Assembly (NCBI GenBank): GCA_035501255.1
Contig: DATJWM010000039.1
Coordinates: forward strand, 654-64,653
Reading direction: 5' to 3'
From: Mycobacteriales bacterium
Lineage (GTDB): Bacteria; Actinomycetota; Actinomycetes; JAFAQI01
Length of the DNA stretch: 64,000 nucleotides
Position 1 is the first letter of the stretch. The number at the start of each line of letters is the position of its first letter. The position numbers and the translations under genes are program-made. The notes under the pieces were generated by a model that ran no database searches, was not told the origin of the DNA, and saw nothing but the letters and a program-made list of their open reading frames with translations. Shown here piece by piece: positions 18,690-28,070 of this stretch.

Positions 18690-21015
18690 TCACCGCGGCC
18701 AGCAGGCGCAGCGCAGCATCCTTGTCCAGCGGTTCGTTGCCGTTTCCACACTTCGGCGACTGGATGCACGACGGGCAACCGGCGTCGCACTCGCACGCGG
18801 CGATCGCGTCGTGGGTGGCGGTCAGCCATCGCTGCGCCTGGTCGAACGCGCGTTCGGCAAATCCTGCGCCGCCCGCGTGGCCGTCGTAGACGAAGACCGT
18901 CGGAGCCGCGGTGTCCGGGTGCAGCGCGGTCGACACTCCGCCGACGTCCCAGCGATCGCAGGTCGCCACGAGGGGGAGGAGACCGATCGCGGCGTGCTCG
19001 GCGGCATGGGCCGCGCCGGGTAGCGCTGCGGCGTCGATCCCGGCGTGCGTGAGAAGGTCCTCGGTGACCGTCCACCATGCCGCGGTGGTGCGAAGGTGGC
19101 GTGCCGGGAGGTCCAGCGGTTCCTCGCCGAGTACCTCCCCGCTGCCGATCCGCCGGCGCAGGAACGACACCACCTGCTGGGTCACCTCGACGGTGCCAAG
19201 GCAGAGGGTGACCTCGCCGCGGCGCAGCGACTCTCGGGTCTCGACGATCGAGATCTCGGTCAGATCACGTGCCCAGGTCGTCCAGTCAGGTGTCTGGGCA
19301 TCGACGAGGGCGACCGACTCCTCGAGGTCGAGCCGCGCAACGACGTAGGACTCGCCCTGGTGGAGGTAGACCGCACCGTCGTGAACCGTCGAGTGCGATG
19401 CGCCCGAGTCGACGGTACCGAGCAGCCGTCCGGTGCTCCGTTCGCAGATCTGCACCGGCGGGCCGCCGGTGCCGCGCAGGTCGGCCAGGGCCGTCGCGCG
19501 CTCGCGGGCAGTCCAGAACCACCCGGTCGGCCGGCGACGAAGCAACCCGGCCGCGACCAGGTCGTCGAGCGCCGCCGGTGCCGCGGGACCGAATCCGGCG
19601 ACGTCGGCCTCGGTGAGCGGCAGCTCGGCCGCCGCAGCCGCGAGATGGGGCCGAACGACGTGCGGGTTGTCCGGGTCGAGCACGGCCGCCTCGACCGGAT
19701 GGCCGAACACCGAGTCGGGATGGTGCACGAGGTAGGTATCGAGCGGATCGTCGCGCGCAATCAGGATCGCCAGCGCGTTGCCGGCGCCCCTCCCGGCCCG
19801 GCCCGCCTGCTGCCACAGGGAGGCTCGGGTGCCCGGCCAGCCCGTGATCAGCACCGCATCGAGCCCGCTGACGTCGACCCCGAGCTCGAGCGCGTTCGTG
19901 CTGGCGACGCCGAGGAGCGCGCCCTCGTGCAGTGCGCGTTCAAGCTCCCGCCGGTCTTCCGGCAGGTAGCCGGCGCGATAGGCGGCGACCCGTCCGGCAA
20001 GCTCCGGCACGGACTCCTCCAGAGCACGCCTGGCACCGAGGGAGACGGCCTCGGCCCCCCGTCGGGATCGGACGAACGCCAGCGTCCGCACCCGGTCGAC
20101 CACCAGATCTGCGAGCAGGCCGGATGCCTCGGCGGTAGCGGGTCGCCGGACGGGTGCGCCGCGCTCGCCTGCCAGGTCGGTCAACGGCGGTTCCCACAGC
20201 GCGAACTCGATCGCTGCCCGCGGCGAGGAGTCCTCGCCAACCTCGACCATCTCGATGCCGACTAGTTGGCGGGCGGTCAGGCCGGGATCCGCGACCGTTG
20301 CCGAGGCCAGCACGAACACCGGGTTGGCGCCGTAGTGCCCGGCGATTCGCCGCAGCCGGCGCAGGATCTGGGCGATGTGCGCGCCGAACACGCCTCGGTA
20401 GCCGTGGCATTCGTCGATGACGACGAACCGTAGGCGCTTGATGAACGAGGCCCACCGGGGGTGACCCGGCAGGAATCCGACGTGGGTCATGTCGGGATTG
20501 GTGAGCACCACATCGGCGTGCCGTCGCGCCCAGTCTCGGTCTTCGAAGGAGGTGTCGCCGTCGTACGTCGCGACTCGCAGGTCGGCCAGCTCCAGCGCCC
20601 GCAACGCGCGCAGTTGGTCGGCGGCCAGCGCTTTGGTGGGCGCGAGGTACAACGTCGTGCCCTGGTCGGTCAGGGCGCTCGTGACCGCGGGCAGGAGGTA
20701 GGCCACAGACTTGCCGGAGGCCGTGCCGGTGGCCAGCACGACCGAGCGGCCGGACCAGGCGCAGTCCGCGGCGACCGCCTGGTGCTCCCACAGCTTGCTC
20801 ACCCCACGGCGGCGAAGCGCTGCTCGCAGGTCGGTGGGAACCCACTCCGGCCAGGGCGCGTGGGTGGCCGCCCGAGCCGGGATCCGTTCGACGTGGGTCA
20901 CCCGATCCCGATGGGAGGTGCTGCGCAGCAGCCGGTCCAGGGCGCTGGTCGGCGTGCCGGCGGTGTCCGGCAGGCCGGGCACCTGACCGGACGTGGCGGG
21001 TGCGGAAACGCTCAT
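18631..21015 (-). CDS. DEAD/DEAH-box helicase with C-terminal DUF1998 zinc-binding domain (Rv3649/SCO3550-like)
   Basis: Start reassigned to ATG 21015 (MSVSAPATSG...). Helicase motifs present: I GTASGKS, II DECH, VI QQAGRAGRG. C-terminal metal motif CECDAGCPSCIQSPKCGNGN. The ORF-track N-terminal extension would run antisense through bldG. Confidence 0.85.
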   Translation of the reverse strand: MSVSAPATSGQVPGLPDTAGTPTSALDRLLRSTSHRDRVTHVERIPARAATHAPWPEWVPTDLRAALRRRGVSKLWEHQAVAADCAWSGRSVVLATGTASGKSVAYLLPAVTSALTDQGTTLYLAPTKALAADQLRALRALELADLRVATYDGDTSFEDRDWARRHADVVLTNPDMTHVGFLPGHPRWASFIKRLRFVVIDECHGYRGVFGAHIAQILRRLRRIAGHYGANPVFVLASATVADPGLTARQLVGIEMVEVGEDSSPRAAIEFALWEPPLTDLAGERGAPVRRPATAEASGLLADLVVDRVRTLAFVRSRRGAEAVSLGARRALEESVPELAGRVAAYRAGYLPEDRRELERALHEGALLGVASTNALELGVDVSGLDAVLITGWPGTRASLWQQAGRAGRGAGNALAILIARDDPLDTYLVHHPDSVFGHPVEAAVLDPDNPHVVRPHLAAAAAELPLTEADVAGFGPAAPAALDDLVAAGLLRRRPTGWFWTARERATALADLRGTGGPPVQICERSTGRLLGTVDSGASHSTVHDGAVYLHQGESYVVARLDLEESVALVDAQTPDWTTWARDLTEISIVETRESLRRGEVTLCLGTVEVTQQVVSFLRRRIGSGEVLGEEPLDLPARHLRTTAAWWTVTEDLLTHAGIDAAALPGAAHAAEHAAIGLLPLVATCDRWDVGGVSTALHPDTAAPTVFVYDGHAGGAGFAERAFDQAQRWLTATHDAIAACECDAGCPSCIQSPKCGNGNEPLDKDAALRLLAAVITECWPPTEPATVRTATVD

Positions 21016-21177
21016 CAGGTTGGGGCCGATCGTCAAATCTGGGCGGCTCACTGTTGAAGAGTCTGCCAGCGGGGTAGGACTCGAGCCGGCAAGCAGAGCC
21101 GGAGCACTAACCCGCGGGGGGATGGTTGGATGGCGTGGCAACGGGGCGCGACCCGCAATCGGCCGTTGGAGGAACGT

Positions 21178-21519
21178 GTGGATCTGAGCTTGTCGACCAG
21201 GTCGGAAGGCGACCGGACCGTCGTTGCGGTCGGGGGCGAGATCGACGTGTACACGGCGCCGAAGCTTCGAGAACACCTCATTGACCTGGTCTCGGGCGGT
21301 GCGCATCACATCATCGTGGACATGGAGCGGGTTGATTTTCTGGACTCCACCGGGCTCGGCGTCCTCGTGGGCGCGTTGAAGCGGGTTCGCTCCGAGGACG
21401 GCTCGCTGGACCTGGTGTGCACCCAGGACCGGATCCTGAAGATCTTCCGCATCACCGGGCTGACCAAGGTGTTCCCGATCCACGCGTCGGTTGACGAGGC
21501 TCTTGCCGCGGCAGACTGA
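21178..21519 (+). CDS. bldG: Anti-sigma-factor antagonist (STAS domain), BldG orthologue
   Basis: GTG at 21178 with a GGAGGA Shine-Dalgarno. Near-identical over its full length to Streptomyces BldG ([21 protein letters not shown]...[17 protein letters not shown]). Confidence 0.9.
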   Translation: MDLSLSTRSEGDRTVVAVGGEIDVYTAPKLREHLIDLVSGGAHHIIVDMERVDFLDSTGLGVLVGALKRVRSEDGSLDLVCTQDRILKIFRITGLTKVFPIHASVDEALAAAD

Positions 21520-21528
21520 CCCGGTTCC

Positions 21529-21990
21529 ATGGCCGTCATCGAGGTGAGCTTCTCGGCGTTGCCCGCGCACGTGCGGACGGCGCGGTTGGTCGCGCTCGCC
21601 GTCGCTCGCCGGGCCGGCGTCCCCGAGGACACGCTCGAGGAAGTGCGCCTTGCGGTCGGAGAGGCCTGCTCCCGGGCGGTCGGCCTGCACGTCGCGCACG
21701 CTCCGCAGGCGCCGGTGTCGATGCAGATCCTCGATGGGAACCACGCGTTCGCGGTCGAAGTGAGCGACGTCGGGCCGCTCGAAGACGATGATCCCGAGGT
21801 CATGCTGGCCGCGCTCGATCTCGACGCGGTCACCTCGGCGATCGGAACCGGGGACTACCTCGAAGGCGTCCCGCCCGGGTTCGGGCTCGCCGTCATCGGT
21901 GGCCTGGTCGAGGACGTCGAGATCCGCCGGGATGCCTCGCGAACGTGCGTGCGGATGACCTGGCCGGTGGACCAGAACCCGGTGGGTTGA
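21529..21990 (+). CDS. Anti-sigma regulatory factor (HATPase_c Ser/Thr kinase), ApgA/RsbW-like
   Basis: Immediately downstream of bldG, as in Streptomyces (SCO3548). 153 aa with an RsbW-like GHKL fold signature. Confidence 0.75.
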   Translation: MAVIEVSFSALPAHVRTARLVALAVARRAGVPEDTLEEVRLAVGEACSRAVGLHVAHAPQAPVSMQILDGNHAFAVEVSDVGPLEDDDPEVMLAALDLDAVTSAIGTGDYLEGVPPGFGLAVIGGLVEDVEIRRDASRTCVRMTWPVDQNPVG

Positions 21991-22115
21991 GCGGGCCCGG
22001 CCGAGATTGCGGCGTCGCCGTGCGAGGCCGGCCGGGCATTTACTAGACTCTGCGCGCTGTGCGCCGCCATCTCGGTGTGGCGCCTTTGTCGCTGACGCTG
22101 ACCCGAAGGACACCC

Positions 22116-24431
22116 ATGTCCCCGCTTGCCCTGCACTCCCAGCCTGTCCTCGCCCACTCCATGGCGGCAGGCGCCTCGCTGTCCAGCGGGGACCGAGGAA
22201 TCGTCGCCGTTGTGGCCGTGATCGCGGTTCTGGCCCTCGTAGCGTCCGCCTTGTTCGCGCGGGAGGTGCTCGCCTTCGATCAGGGCACGCCACGCATGCA
22301 GGAGATCTCGAAGGCCGTCCAGGAGGGGGCAAGCGCCTACCTGAGCCGCCAGTTCCGAACGTTGGCACCGTTCGCGGTGATCATCTTCGGTGTGTTGTTC
22401 ATCCTGCCGGCCGAAACCACCGGCTCGCGGATCGGCCGCTCGGTGTTCTTCCTTGTGGGTGCGTGCTTCTCGGCGTTCGTGGGGTTTGCCGGCATGACCC
22501 TCGCCACCCGCGCGAACGTGCGCACCGCGGCCGCCGCGCAGCAGTCGGGCGCGAAGGCGGCCACGCGGGTCGCGTTCCGTTCGGGCGGCACGGTCGGGAT
22601 GCTCACCGTCGGCCTCGGCTTGCTCGGCGCGAGCCTGGTGACGGTCATCTTCAACTCCAACGCTCCGCAGGTTCTCGAAGGATTCGGATTCGGCGCCGCG
22701 CTGCTCGCCATGTTCATGCGGGTCGGCGGCGGGATTTTCACCAAAGCCGCCGATGTCGGCGCCGACTTGGTCGGCAAGGTCGAGCAGGGCATCCCCGAGG
22801 ACGACCCCCGCAACGCGGCGACGATCGCCGACAACGTTGGCGACAACGTCGGTGACTGTGCGGGCATGGCCGCGGACCTCTTCGAGAGTTACGCCGTCAC
22901 CCTCGTTGCGTCGCTGCTGCTCGGTCAGATCGCGTTCGGGAGCAAGGGCCTGGTCTTCCCGCTGATCATTCCCGCGGTCGGAGTGTTCACCGCCGTCATC
23001 GGCGTTCTCGTCACGGCCCCCCGTGACGGCGACCGGTCCGGCCTCACCGCGATCAACCGCGGCTTCTTCATCTCGGCCGTGGTGTCCGCGTTGCTCGTTC
23101 TGCTTGTGTCCTTCATCTTCCTGCCGAGCTCCTACCACGACCTGTCGGACAAGGGTGCCTCGTTCGACGTCTCGTCGTTGTCCGGCAACCCGCGTGTCAC
23201 CGCGTTCCTCGCGGTACTCGTGGGACTCGTCCTGGCGAGTGCGATCCAGGTCCTCACCGGCTACTTCACCGAGACGAACCGCCGCCCGGTTCAGGACATC
23301 GGCAAGGCGTCGCTCACCGGTCCGGCCACGGTCATCCTCGGCGGGATCTCCGTGGGATTCGAATCCGCGGTCTACTCGGCGGTGCTGATCGGCGGTGCGG
23401 TCTACATCGCGTTCCTTCTCGGTCACGGCGTCGTCGTGCTGTCGCTGTTCGCGGTCGCGCTTGCCGGCACTGGACTGCTGACCACCGTCGGCGTCATCGT
23501 CGCGATGGATACGTTCGGGCCGATCTCGGACAACGCGCAGGGCATCGCGGAGATGTCCGGTGAGGTCGAGGGCGCGGGCGCCGAGGTGCTGACCGCGCTC
23601 GACGCAGTCGGCAACACGACCAAGGCGATCACCAAGGGGATCGCGATCGCGACCGCAGTCCTCGCCGCGACCGCGCTCTTCGGCTCGTTCGCCTCGGCCG
23701 TGAGCGGCGGCAGCGGCAACGTAGACATCTCACTCAACGTGTCCAAGCCCAACGTGCTGTTCGGCCTGATCATCGGGGCTTCGGTCGTGTTCATGTTCTC
23801 CGGCCTGGCGATCAACGCGGTCGCCCGGGCTGCCGGCCGGGTCGTCATCGAGGTGCGCAGCCAGTTCCGCAACAACCCCGGCCTGATGGACGGATCCGTG
23901 CGGCCCGACTACGCGCGGGTCGTCGACATCTGCACCGCGGACTCGTTGCGTGAGCTCGCGACGCCGGGGCTGCTCGCGGTGCTCGCCCCGATCGCCACCG
24001 GCTTCTGGCTCGGCTGGGAGCCGCTCGGTGCCTACCTTGCCGGCGCGATCGCCGCAGGGGTCCTCATGGCGATCTTCCTCGCAAACTCCGGCGGCGCGTG
24101 GGACAACGCCAAGAAGCTCGTCGAGGACGGCAACTACGGCGGGAAGGGCTCCGAGGCACACGCCGCGACGGTCATCGGTGACACCGTCGGCGATCCGTTC
24201 AAGGACACGGCCGGCCCGGCTCTCAACCCGCTGATCAAGGTGATGAACCTCGTGGCGTTGCTGATTGCGCCGACAGTGGTGAAGTACGGCGTCAACGGAC
24301 CGCACCAAAACACCGCGATCCGGGTGATCGTCGGCGTCATCTCCCTCGGCCTGATCGTCGGGGCTGTGATCGTCAGTAAGCGGCGCGAGGTCGACATGGC
24401 GGCCGCCCCCACGGAGTCGGTCAGCGCCTGA
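22116..24431 (+). CDS. hppA: Membrane-bound proton-translocating pyrophosphatase (H+-PPase)
   Basis: Full-length V-PPase homology (GGIFTKAADVGADLVGKVE, DNVGDNVGDCAGMAADLFESY). ATG at 22116 with an AAGGA Shine-Dalgarno is preferred over the track start. Confidence 0.9.
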   Translation: MSPLALHSQPVLAHSMAAGASLSSGDRGIVAVVAVIAVLALVASALFAREVLAFDQGTPRMQEISKAVQEGASAYLSRQFRTLAPFAVIIFGVLFILPAETTGSRIGRSVFFLVGACFSAFVGFAGMTLATRANVRTAAAAQQSGAKAATRVAFRSGGTVGMLTVGLGLLGASLVTVIFNSNAPQVLEGFGFGAALLAMFMRVGGGIFTKAADVGADLVGKVEQGIPEDDPRNAATIADNVGDNVGDCAGMAADLFESYAVTLVASLLLGQIAFGSKGLVFPLIIPAVGVFTAVIGVLVTAPRDGDRSGLTAINRGFFISAVVSALLVLLVSFIFLPSSYHDLSDKGASFDVSSLSGNPRVTAFLAVLVGLVLASAIQVLTGYFTETNRRPVQDIGKASLTGPATVILGGISVGFESAVYSAVLIGGAVYIAFLLGHGVVVLSLFAVALAGTGLLTTVGVIVAMDTFGPISDNAQGIAEMSGEVEGAGAEVLTALDAVGNTTKAITKGIAIATAVLAATALFGSFASAVSGGSGNVDISLNVSKPNVLFGLIIGASVVFMFSGLAINAVARAAGRVVIEVRSQFRNNPGLMDGSVRPDYARVVDICTADSLRELATPGLLAVLAPIATGFWLGWEPLGAYLAGAIAAGVLMAIFLANSGGAWDNAKKLVEDGNYGGKGSEAHAATVIGDTVGDPFKDTAGPALNPLIKVMNLVALLIAPTVVKYGVNGPHQNTAIRVIVGVISLGLIVGAVIVSKRREVDMAAAPTESVSA

Positions 24432-24497
24432 CCTCAGGGCGCTGTCCCGTCCCTCGTCGCCGGTCGGCGACTCGACCCACGCTTTACGCTCACTCGG

Positions 24498-25076
24498 ATG
24501 AGCCAGCTTTCGCTGTTCGGCGCGACCGCGCGGGAGCCTGCGCTCGCCGACCTCGAGGGCCTGCTCGCGGGCAACGGTCAGGTTGCGCGCCGCGGCGATC
24601 AAGCGCGGTTGTCGGTCGTGGTCGAGGACGGGTGGCGGGTCGAGGTGCTCGCGACCGAGATGGCGGAGTGTTTCGGGTTCGCGGCGGATATCGGACCGGC
24701 GGAGACGGGGACGACGATCGGCACTCCTTGGCTCGCGGACTTGCGTCCGATAGCCGACGCTTGGTCGCTCGGCGCGGTGAAGTGCCCGCCGCTGCGGTGG
24801 GTTCTGGACGGGCCGAGGCTGCGCTGGTGGTGCCTCGCCGGGGGCAGCCGGACGGCCGAGATGTATACCCTTGCGCTCGGTCCGAACGACGAGCACGCGT
24901 GGTCGGCGGTCGGATCAGCGCTTGCCTCGGCAGGCGTCCCGGGTGCTCTCGTCGGACCTCGCGCCGATGGGCCGGCGTACCGGATCGTCGGGCGGCGCAG
25001 GTTGGGTCGACTCCTCGAACTGGTCGGGGACCCACCTCCCGGGCTGCCGGATTCGGCCTGGCCGGCGCTTGTGTAG
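24498..25076 (+). CDS. Conserved hypothetical protein (Rv3647c-like, 192 aa)
   Basis: It matches the position and length of the conserved actinobacterial gene upstream of topA. Confidence 0.6.
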   Translation: MSQLSLFGATAREPALADLEGLLAGNGQVARRGDQARLSVVVEDGWRVEVLATEMAECFGFAADIGPAETGTTIGTPWLADLRPIADAWSLGAVKCPPLRWVLDGPRLRWWCLAGGSRTAEMYTLALGPNDEHAWSAVGSALASAGVPGALVGPRADGPAYRIVGRRRLGRLLELVGDPPPGLPDSAWPALV

Positions 25077-25106
25077 TTCAACGGATACGGACGAGGAAGG
25101 GATCGA

Positions 25107-27896
25107 GTGGCCAGCGACACCGAAGTGCTTGACGACGGCGTGCGTCGGCTCGTGATCGTCGAGTCGCCGGCGAAGGCGCGCACGATCGCCGGTTACCTCG
25201 GCCGCGATTACGTCGTCGAGTCCTCGATCGGCCACATCCGCGACCTGCCGGGCGGCGCGGGCGAGATGCCGGCCGCACAGAAGCACCTGTGGAAGACCTA
25301 CGGGATCGACGTGGAGCACGGTTTCGAACCGGTCTACGTCATCAACCCGGACAAAAAGCAGCAGGTGGCGAAGCTGAAGGCGGCGCTGAAGGACGCTGAC
25401 GAACTCTTGCTCGCGACCGATGAGGACCGGGAAGGCGAGGCGATCGCCTGGCATCTGTTGGAGGTGCTCAAGCCCAAGGTTCCGGTGCGCCGGATGGTGT
25501 TCCACGAGATCACCCCGGCCGCGATCCGCGAGGCGGTCGACAACCCCCGCGACATCGACCTCGCACTCGTCGACGCGCAGGAGACCCGCCGGATCGTGGA
25601 CCGGTTGTACGGCTACGGGGTCTCGCCGGTGCTGTGGAAGAAGGTCATGCCGCGGCTATCGGCCGGCCGGGTGCAGTCGGTTGCGACCCGGCTCCTGGTC
25701 GAGCGCGAGCGGGCCCGGATCCGGTTTCGCTCGGCGCAGTACTGGGACCTCTCCGCGACGTTCGACACCGGTCGCGAGCCGGCGAACCCGGGTGATCCGA
25801 CCAGCTTCGAGGCCGGCCTGGTCTCGATCGACGGTTCCCGGGTGGCGACCGGACGCGATTTCGACGAGTCCGGCGCGCTGGTCCGCGACGTCGTTCACCT
25901 GGGGGAGGACGACGCCGTCGGCCTCGCTGCGCGGCTGGCCAACTCGGAGTTCTCGGTCAAGGCGGTCGAGGAACGTCCGTACCGGCGTTCGCCGTACCCG
26001 CCGTTCATGACGAGCACGCTCCAGCAGGAGGGCAGCCGCAAGTTGCGGCTCACCGCCCGGCTGGTGATGTCCCTCGCCCAGCGGCTGTACGAGAACGGCT
26101 ACATCACCTACATGCGCACCGACTCGACCACCCTGTCCGAGACGGCATTGACCGCGGCTCGCTCGCAAGCGCGTGAACTCTACGGCGCGGAGTACGTTCC
26201 CGACTCACCCCGGCAGTACAACCGCAAGGTCAAAAACGCGCAGGAGGCGCATGAGGCGATCCGCCCGGCGGGAGATAGCTTCCGGACGCCGCAGTCGGTG
26301 CGGGCCGAGTTGTCCGCCGACGAGTTTCGCCTGTACGAGCTGATCTGGCAGCGCACCGTCGCCTCGCAGATGGCCGACGCGGTCGGTCGGTCGGTGACGG
26401 TGCGAGTGGGAGGCACCTCCTCGGCCGGCGAGGTGGTCGAGTTCAGCGCGAGCGGGAAGGTGATCACCTTCCCGGGATTCCTGCGCGCCTACGTCGAGGA
26501 GAGCGAGGAGGACACCGACCGTGACGACCGGGAGCGGCGTCTGCCGCATGTCGAAGAGTCGGCGAGCCTGACCGCGTCCGGGATCGAACCGCAGTCGCAC
26601 GCGACGTCACCACCGGCGCGCTACACCGAGGCGAGCCTCGTGCGCGCACTCGAGGAACTCGGCATCGGACGACCGTCGACCTACGCGTCGATCCTCAGCA
26701 CGATCCAAGACCGCGGCTATGTCTTCAAGCGCGGTACGGCGCTGGTTCCGTCATTCACCGCGTTCGCGGTCGTCGGGTTGATGGAGCAGCACTTCGGGCG
26801 CCTTGTCGACTACGGGTTCACGGCGTCGATGGAGGACGACCTCGATGCGATCGCGAACGGCTCCGAGCAGTCCGCGGACTGGCTCGGCCGGTTCTACTTC
26901 GGGGACGGCGGTACCGACGAGGACGATCCGCACGGTCTCAAACAGCTGGTCGACGAGCGGATCGGTGAGATCGACGCCCGCGAGGTCAACTCGCTGCCGA
27001 TCGGAACGGCCGAGGACGGCGAGCCGGTCGTCGCTCGGGTCGGCCGCTACGGCCCCTATGTCCAGAAGGGTGAATTGCGGGCGAGCATCCCCGACGACAT
27101 GCCACCCGATGAGCTGACCGTCGAGCGGGCGCTTGCGCTGGTGAACAAGACCAGCGATGAACGGCTTCTCGGCGAGCATCCGCAGACCGGCGAGCCAATC
27201 CTCGCTCGAACCGGACGCTACGGCCCGTACGTCACGACTCAGCCGCTCGACGAGGGCGAGCCGAAGACGGCCTCGCTGTTCAAGGACATGTCGATCGACG
27301 AGCTGACGCTCGACGACGCCGTACGTTTGCTCTCCCTCCCCCGTGACCTGGGCGTCGACCCGCAGACGGGCGAGCCCGTGACCGCGCAAAACGGTCGCTA
27401 CGGCCCGTATGTCAGGCGAGGGAGCGAGTCACGGTCGTTGGACAGCGAGCCGGCCCTGTTCACCGTGACCCTCGACGAGGCGCTCGCCCTGCTGGCCGAA
27501 CCCAAGGCTCGCGGTCGGCGCGCCGCGGCCCCCCCGCTGCGCGAGCTCGGGGCAGACCCCGGCAGCGGCAAGCCGATGGTGGTCCGCGAAGGCCGATTCG
27601 GGGTCTACGTGACCGACGGTGAGACCAACGCCTCGCTGCGCAAGGGCGACAGCGTCGAGAAGTTGACCGTCGATCGGGCAGCGGAGTTGTTGGCCGAACG
27701 GCGGGCCCGTGGGCCGGCGACCGCCACCAAGCGCGCGCCCGTGACCAAGCGCGCCGCCAGGAAGCCCGCCGCCAAGAAGTCGGTCGCCAAGAAGACCGCG
27801 GCGAAGAAATCCGCGGCGAAGAAGGCGTCACCGAAGGGCGCGGTGGCCGACCCGTCCGGCCCGGACGAATCGGGCGCGCGGCCCGCGGCGCCGTAA
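25107..27896 (+). CDS. topA: DNA topoisomerase I with Lys/Ala-rich C-terminal tail
   Basis: Toprim domain plus the topoisomerase IA core. The actinobacterial-type basic tail reads KRAPVTKRAARKPAAKKSVAKKTAAKKSAAKK. GTG start with a GAGGAAGG Shine-Dalgarno. Confidence 0.95.
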   Translation: MASDTEVLDDGVRRLVIVESPAKARTIAGYLGRDYVVESSIGHIRDLPGGAGEMPAAQKHLWKTYGIDVEHGFEPVYVINPDKKQQVAKLKAALKDADELLLATDEDREGEAIAWHLLEVLKPKVPVRRMVFHEITPAAIREAVDNPRDIDLALVDAQETRRIVDRLYGYGVSPVLWKKVMPRLSAGRVQSVATRLLVERERARIRFRSAQYWDLSATFDTGREPANPGDPTSFEAGLVSIDGSRVATGRDFDESGALVRDVVHLGEDDAVGLAARLANSEFSVKAVEERPYRRSPYPPFMTSTLQQEGSRKLRLTARLVMSLAQRLYENGYITYMRTDSTTLSETALTAARSQARELYGAEYVPDSPRQYNRKVKNAQEAHEAIRPAGDSFRTPQSVRAELSADEFRLYELIWQRTVASQMADAVGRSVTVRVGGTSSAGEVVEFSASGKVITFPGFLRAYVEESEEDTDRDDRERRLPHVEESASLTASGIEPQSHATSPPARYTEASLVRALEELGIGRPSTYASILSTIQDRGYVFKRGTALVPSFTAFAVVGLMEQHFGRLVDYGFTASMEDDLDAIANGSEQSADWLGRFYFGDGGTDEDDPHGLKQLVDERIGEIDAREVNSLPIGTAEDGEPVVARVGRYGPYVQKGELRASIPDDMPPDELTVERALALVNKTSDERLLGEHPQTGEPILARTGRYGPYVTTQPLDEGEPKTASLFKDMSIDELTLDDAVRLLSLPRDLGVDPQTGEPVTAQNGRYGPYVRRGSESRSLDSEPALFTVTLDEALALLAEPKARGRRAAAPPLRELGADPGSGKPMVVREGRFGVYVTDGETNASLRKGDSVEKLTVDRAAELLAERRARGPATATKRAPVTKRAARKPAAKKSVAKKTAAKKSAAKKASPKGAVADPSGPDESGARPAAP

Positions 27897-28070
27897 GCGG
27901 CGGTCATCACGAAGCGGTTGTCCTACAGCCTGTCGTAGGAAGTCGCCATCGAGGTCCGCATTCCGACGGCTGTGGTCGATACGATCGCAGCGCCGACTGG
28001 TCCATCGGCCTGCGACCGCTAGGAGTTCGAGATCCCTCAGACACCGCGCCTGTTTCGCGACGGGGCGCAC

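Noticed and set aside
18631-22368. 1245-aa helicase ORF extending over bldG.
   Set aside because: Helicase homology begins at the ATG at 21015 (MSVSAPATSG). The upstream 451 codons are low-complexity and run antisense through the strongly conserved bldG gene.
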